From assembly GCF_902459465.1 (NCBI RefSeq), contig NC_047070.1:20088001-20152000 (forward strand): DNA of 64,000 nt. Reading direction: 5' to 3'. The position numbers and the translations under genes were made by a program. Positions 59,201 through 64,000 of this stretch are shown in pieces. Under the pieces are notes generated by a model, which saw only the letters and a list, made by a program, of their open reading frames with translations, ran no database searches and was not told where the DNA came from. This DNA comes from Asterias rubens. Lineage: Eukaryota. Within the stretch, counting starts at the first letter, position 1; each line of letters begins with the position of its first letter.

Positions 59201-62200
59201 ATTGAACTACTCGTAAGCTCCTCACTTTGCATGAAATTTGTGTAACATTTCCGTGTCCGCTCGAAACTCCGTCCGAAGTGCAGGTGGATTTATTTATCAC
59301 ACATTTGAACTCATTGGAGTTTTTACGTATCGGTATTAGGACGAATCTTGATCAGACGTCAGGGTTCATTTACAAATCATTCTTACTTATTTTTTAAGTA
59401 AGAGTTAGTGTTGGTCTCAAAGTGAAGTTCCAACTTCATATATACTGATTTCATAATGTTACAAAGCAGCAGAGAGACAACGGTGTAACCTCCTTCCCAT
59501 AGACCATCCTCCTTCCCGTAGACCATGCTCACCTGATCCCAGACTCATTGTAACACTCGAGAAACTCTATCAAATCAAAATACCGCAAGACTTTCTCTTT
59601 TTCAATATTTACAGCCAGCCTACATATCTGTAGTCGGTATATTTACTCGCGTCAAAGAATCTACACGTGGCCCACTTTATTATCCACTGAATTCCCGCCA
59701 AAAACTAATCTGTGAAGGGATTTTCCCGCGTGCGGGAACAGTCTACTCAAGGTATAGCCGTGTTTCTGTTGAGAGATTTCCCATGGGAATCACAGCGGCC
59801 AATCTGTCAACAAGACACCTTCCCAAAGGTTTTATCCCTCCACGTATCCATTTCAGTATGGAGTCATTTTATTTGTGATGAAGATGCAACACATTGCTTT
59901 CAGTGGCCGGCTAAGCTTGATGGCATGCTGTTGGTTAGAACTGGATCCATCCAATATTAAAGTGTACAGTAGACCTTGACTGGTAAGGCCTACCTGTAAT
60001 ATTTATTACTAAATGCTAAGAATGGCGTTTAAAACCTTTACTGTATTGACTACAATTTATGCAGTACCTTTGTTGAGGTAATTGAAACTACATCTCGTGT
60101 TTCAAGCGTCATGTTTAAACAATGCGTTATGCCACGTGCACAAACGGTCGTGGGTTCGAATCACGTCTAGTGTTTCAGTGAATGTTTACCCTGCGGGCAG
60201 GACTTCGTTAAGACTAGACTCGAGTCAATCTCGTCAGATCCCTTTTACTTTTAAAGATCCCTTTTACTTTTAGTCCCATCGCCTAACATCAGAAAACTCC
60301 ACCAACCTGTCCGTTTCTCGGAACCACAATAGGAACATTTTGATGGCGGATAAGCTCAGGGACCTCTCGCACTCGAGAGTTGGACTTGAATCAAGTCTAG
60401 ACTTCGTTAGACTCCGAGATTGAGTCGCTTCATCATTGTTCCGGAGGTCAGTTTGCGAGGATTCCGGGTTTACAAACTGTCTGGGTTTCGAATGAGCAGC
60501 CATGGAAAACCAGAGCCATGTTTTGGACCGGTTATAACAATATTCCACATAATTAGAAACCGATCCAATTCACAAAGGTGACATTGAAGTGTTGTTAGGA
60601 TATGGGTGCCATTTTCACCACTTGTGTTCGAACCTTCAAGACCGCTCGACCGGTATATGACCTTTACAAACTTGACCTTTTATAATTATTTGAGATTGAA
60701 AAGTGAGGAAATTATCTTGGCAATATTGATCCTGGAAAGCCTGTGTCTCATTCGAACGTTATTAGTCAGCCCACCGCAACACATACATGCATGACCAAAT
60801 GCAATCTGAGTCTCGTCTTCATAGAAACAAGGCAGGAAAGTATCGGATTTTTCTCACACTTTTCAATCTAACGAGAAAAAAACCAAGTGATGTTAGCTCA
60901 AGCATGGCCAGCTCCGAAGGCCATGCCTGAGGGTTGGGAGTACCCTTAACTACCCGTCTGCTTTCCTTCCTTCTCCTCGATCTGAAGATACCGTTTCAAA
61001 GGGGGCTATAGTCAGCAGTTTATACGAAAGGGACTCTACTATTACCGTAATCAATAACCAATGGAACTTGTAGACCTAATAAATGCAGAAACGTAAGCCG
61101 AGTATGGGAGATCCAGCTAATGCCGAACGGAGTTGCGCTTGCTGGGGTCACCAAGGCTTGGGTTGGCCCACTGGCTTTACCTCCACAAGTAGTCCGATCA
61201 ATTAGACGGTGTAGTGAGACGGTACTGAAGTGGTTTACCGTAGATCGTGTCAAATTGACCCAAGCTATCGACATGCGCAGCTGCTGAAAGAGGTTTCCGC
61301 ATGTTAATGGATAAATTAACTCATTTGTGTAACGATTGACATATCAGTATCAGTGTATGTTTTTACTTGGAGACGCGATATTGAGTGTTTTCGCTCTACA
61401 TTGAGTTCAGGTAAATCCACGACCACTCGTTTGTCCTCACTGTTTAAAGTACACTTAGAGGGCGCGCTATACTCTGCGAATGTCAAAGGTTACCAAATTC
61501 TCATCAGTGACGTAAGCATTTTCATCTTTGGTTAGTTCCCAACTTTGAAACGTGACGTCATCGTAGGCAACATGAAACCGTTACGTCATCAGACCACAAT
61601 TCCTCACACATCAATGAGATGGTGAAATAAATATCAACCCTTTTTGCTGAATGAAAACCCTGACGCCGATGCAAAATGTTCTTTTATAAAAAAAAACATT
61701 ACTCCTTTTAACAAGAGATTTATCTATTGGCATTTCGCAACAGCCTTTGAAGATTTTCTCAAGTTGTCACGTTGGTGCGTTTATTACGTGACTCGTCTTT
61801 ACACACACACGCTGTTGACCGTACATCTGAAAGAGTTTTCCTATGTTTCCATCATTGTTTTAATTTTTTTGCATACTAAAAGTGCCTTGAGCTATTCCTT
61901 CATCGTCTTAAAACCAACCTCGAAAGATTACTGTTACCGAAAGTAGTCTATACATTGTGGCACCCAAGACAGCTGTAACCCGTAGAACCCATTGGCTAGA
62001 GGAATCAAGTTGCTATGCAATAACTATACGGAAACCGCTCAGAGCATCTGACAAACACACTCACACACTGGGCAGCGTTACAAACTTACGTGTGGAGATA
62101 TATCTTTACTCATCATAGCTTCGTGTTTGTTATAGCTCGATATACGTATTTACTGCACACACTAAACTCAATGTCAGATTTAAAGACACATGCATGGGAA

Positions 62201-64000
62201 TGCGACTAAACCAAGTATTTGTATTTTGTTCGGAAAAACAACGAATCGGTGTATAAGTGTTTTGGTTTAAAATCTGGCTGATTCCAATATCAATTTCTTA
62301 TACCAGACAAACTAAGTGCCGCGAGCGACAAGACAAAGTACCACTCATTAACCAATCATCTCTTGTTTAAAGTAATACACAGATCTGAAAGTGTTGATGT
62401 CCCTTTTCCGGGTTTACCTAGAGAACATGGCAGTATTATTGATAGCCTTAATTGGGTTCTATTCCTAAGGCTGGAAGATGAAGGTACTCATAGTTATCTC
62501 AGCTGATGTGACTAACTTTAAACGATTCTTACCAAATAGCGTTTTAATTATAAAGTTGAATGTCGTGGCCGAGCGTTCAAGAGCACACGACTCAAGGCAA
62601 GGGCCCAATTTCATAGAGCTGCTTAAACACACAAACTAGCTAAGCACAACAAAATGACGCTTACCAGGGTTAGGTTAACAGCCAAACTATCATGTCGCAT
62701 TCACAATTTGTGACTGGCGTCCTGCTCATTGTTGAGAAAATTGTTAAGGAAATTGTTAAGCAATATTTCTGCTTTTAAGCAGAAAATTTTCAAATAGAAA
62801 AATTGCAAATTTGCTTAAAGCAACTCTTTGAAATGGATACATCCAAAAATAAAGTACGTCCGTAATATCTCGACAAATAACTGGCTATTCTGTCCTTATT
62901 GCACGATTCACAACTCATTCTCCGTCTCCTTATACAGCGCCTAATCAAACCCACAGGCGTCTCATTTTTCAAAACACTCAACCATGTTTGAATGATGAGA
63001 CTCATTAATTTTAATACGAATTTGAAGAAGAGTTTACAAGGTGGTATGTTGCAATCTATAGCCTCCCATCAGATTCATCCACGAGTTTTCCCGGATGGCC
63101 TGTTGAATATAATTTTTTCCATTTCAAGCCCCGGGTGCCGCCTGGCTTGGCCCAATCTTCAAACTAACAATTGCTAGACAAAAAAACATAGAATTTGAAA
63201 AGATTTTCGGGATATTGTGTTTATTGTATCTGGTTCATTTCCGTGATATGTCTCTATGATGAGGAGATAGTGAAACTATGTTTATTCATCTGTTTGGATT
63301 TCCTGGACTCAATGGAATGAATTTGTTTATAAGAATGCTGTCTAAATATTGCGAGGCGCGGATGTCATGCTTTAAGGGTACTTACAGTACTGATATAAAA
63401 TAGGAGTGCCATAATATTGCTACTTAAGGTACATTGATTGAGATTACGTGTTTTACCACCAGCAAAGGCTGGATAGTAAGTCTATGGATGAAGTATGCCT
63501 CCATGGTAGGTCAGAGTTAAAGACAAGTAACATTCCTGCAAGGCAAGAAGTAATGGCTTTATTTCCCCCACAAATCATACCAAAATGTCAGTAAAGCAAC
63601 ATTGTATTGTGGATATAGGCCAATGTGTGTTTGTCGATAGGAACCCCAGGCCCCCCAGAACACCTGTTGAGGGGTCCATACGTTAAGTGGATGAGCTTTA
63701 TTCTAAAACCAGCTTGCCAATAAAACAGTACGGCACTTGAAAAAGCAAGATTTGCTTCTGTCAACACGATAAAAGCTAACCTGAAAATCGCTCCCCGGAT
63801 AATAGAAAAAAGAGAGCAGAGAATTCGTGAAGTATGACAAGTGTATTGATTATCGTGCATCTTGGTGCCCAGTTCACTTAGAATGTTGTGACGAACTTCC
63901 TTTGGGAGCAAAGAGTATAATGTGCAAATGGATTGGAGTCGATACCCGGCGAAGGCGACGTAGTGCCGAACTAATCGATACTGCTATTTATCATGGTATT

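Noticed and set aside
58731-64000. Search for the GPCR TM1-TM2 exon (ORFs at 60270, 61020 and 63588)
   Set aside because: None has GN/LAxxD motifs or suitable hydrophobic helices; the exon probably lies outside the window.

Overview
AT-rich animal genomic DNA with spliceosomal introns and many small transposon remnants; the repeat content suggests an invertebrate deuterostome, probably an echinoderm (inference). Five protein-coding genes can be built by hand. (1) A GARIN/FAM71-family gene on the minus strand (838-2028). (2) A 4-exon V-ATPase subunit e gene (ATP6V0E, minus, 4803-7557) that is absent from the ORF track. (3) A divergently oriented 28-coding-exon SFI1 gene (plus, 10483-30756, about 1404 aa) containing one U12-type intron. 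(4) A 5-exon gene for a very basic Arg/Lys/Ser-rich protein that I do not recognise (plus, 32621-35465, 281 aa), nearly invisible in the ORF track. (5) The terminal exon of a class A peptide GPCR of the ETH-receptor/GHSR type (minus, 57695-58728). The rest is introns and intergenic DNA holding MITEs (Harbinger-, Kolobok-, Mutator/hAT- and Tc1-like), tRNA-derived SINEs and several minisatellites amplified from transposon fragments. Coordinates were read by eye and no database search was run.
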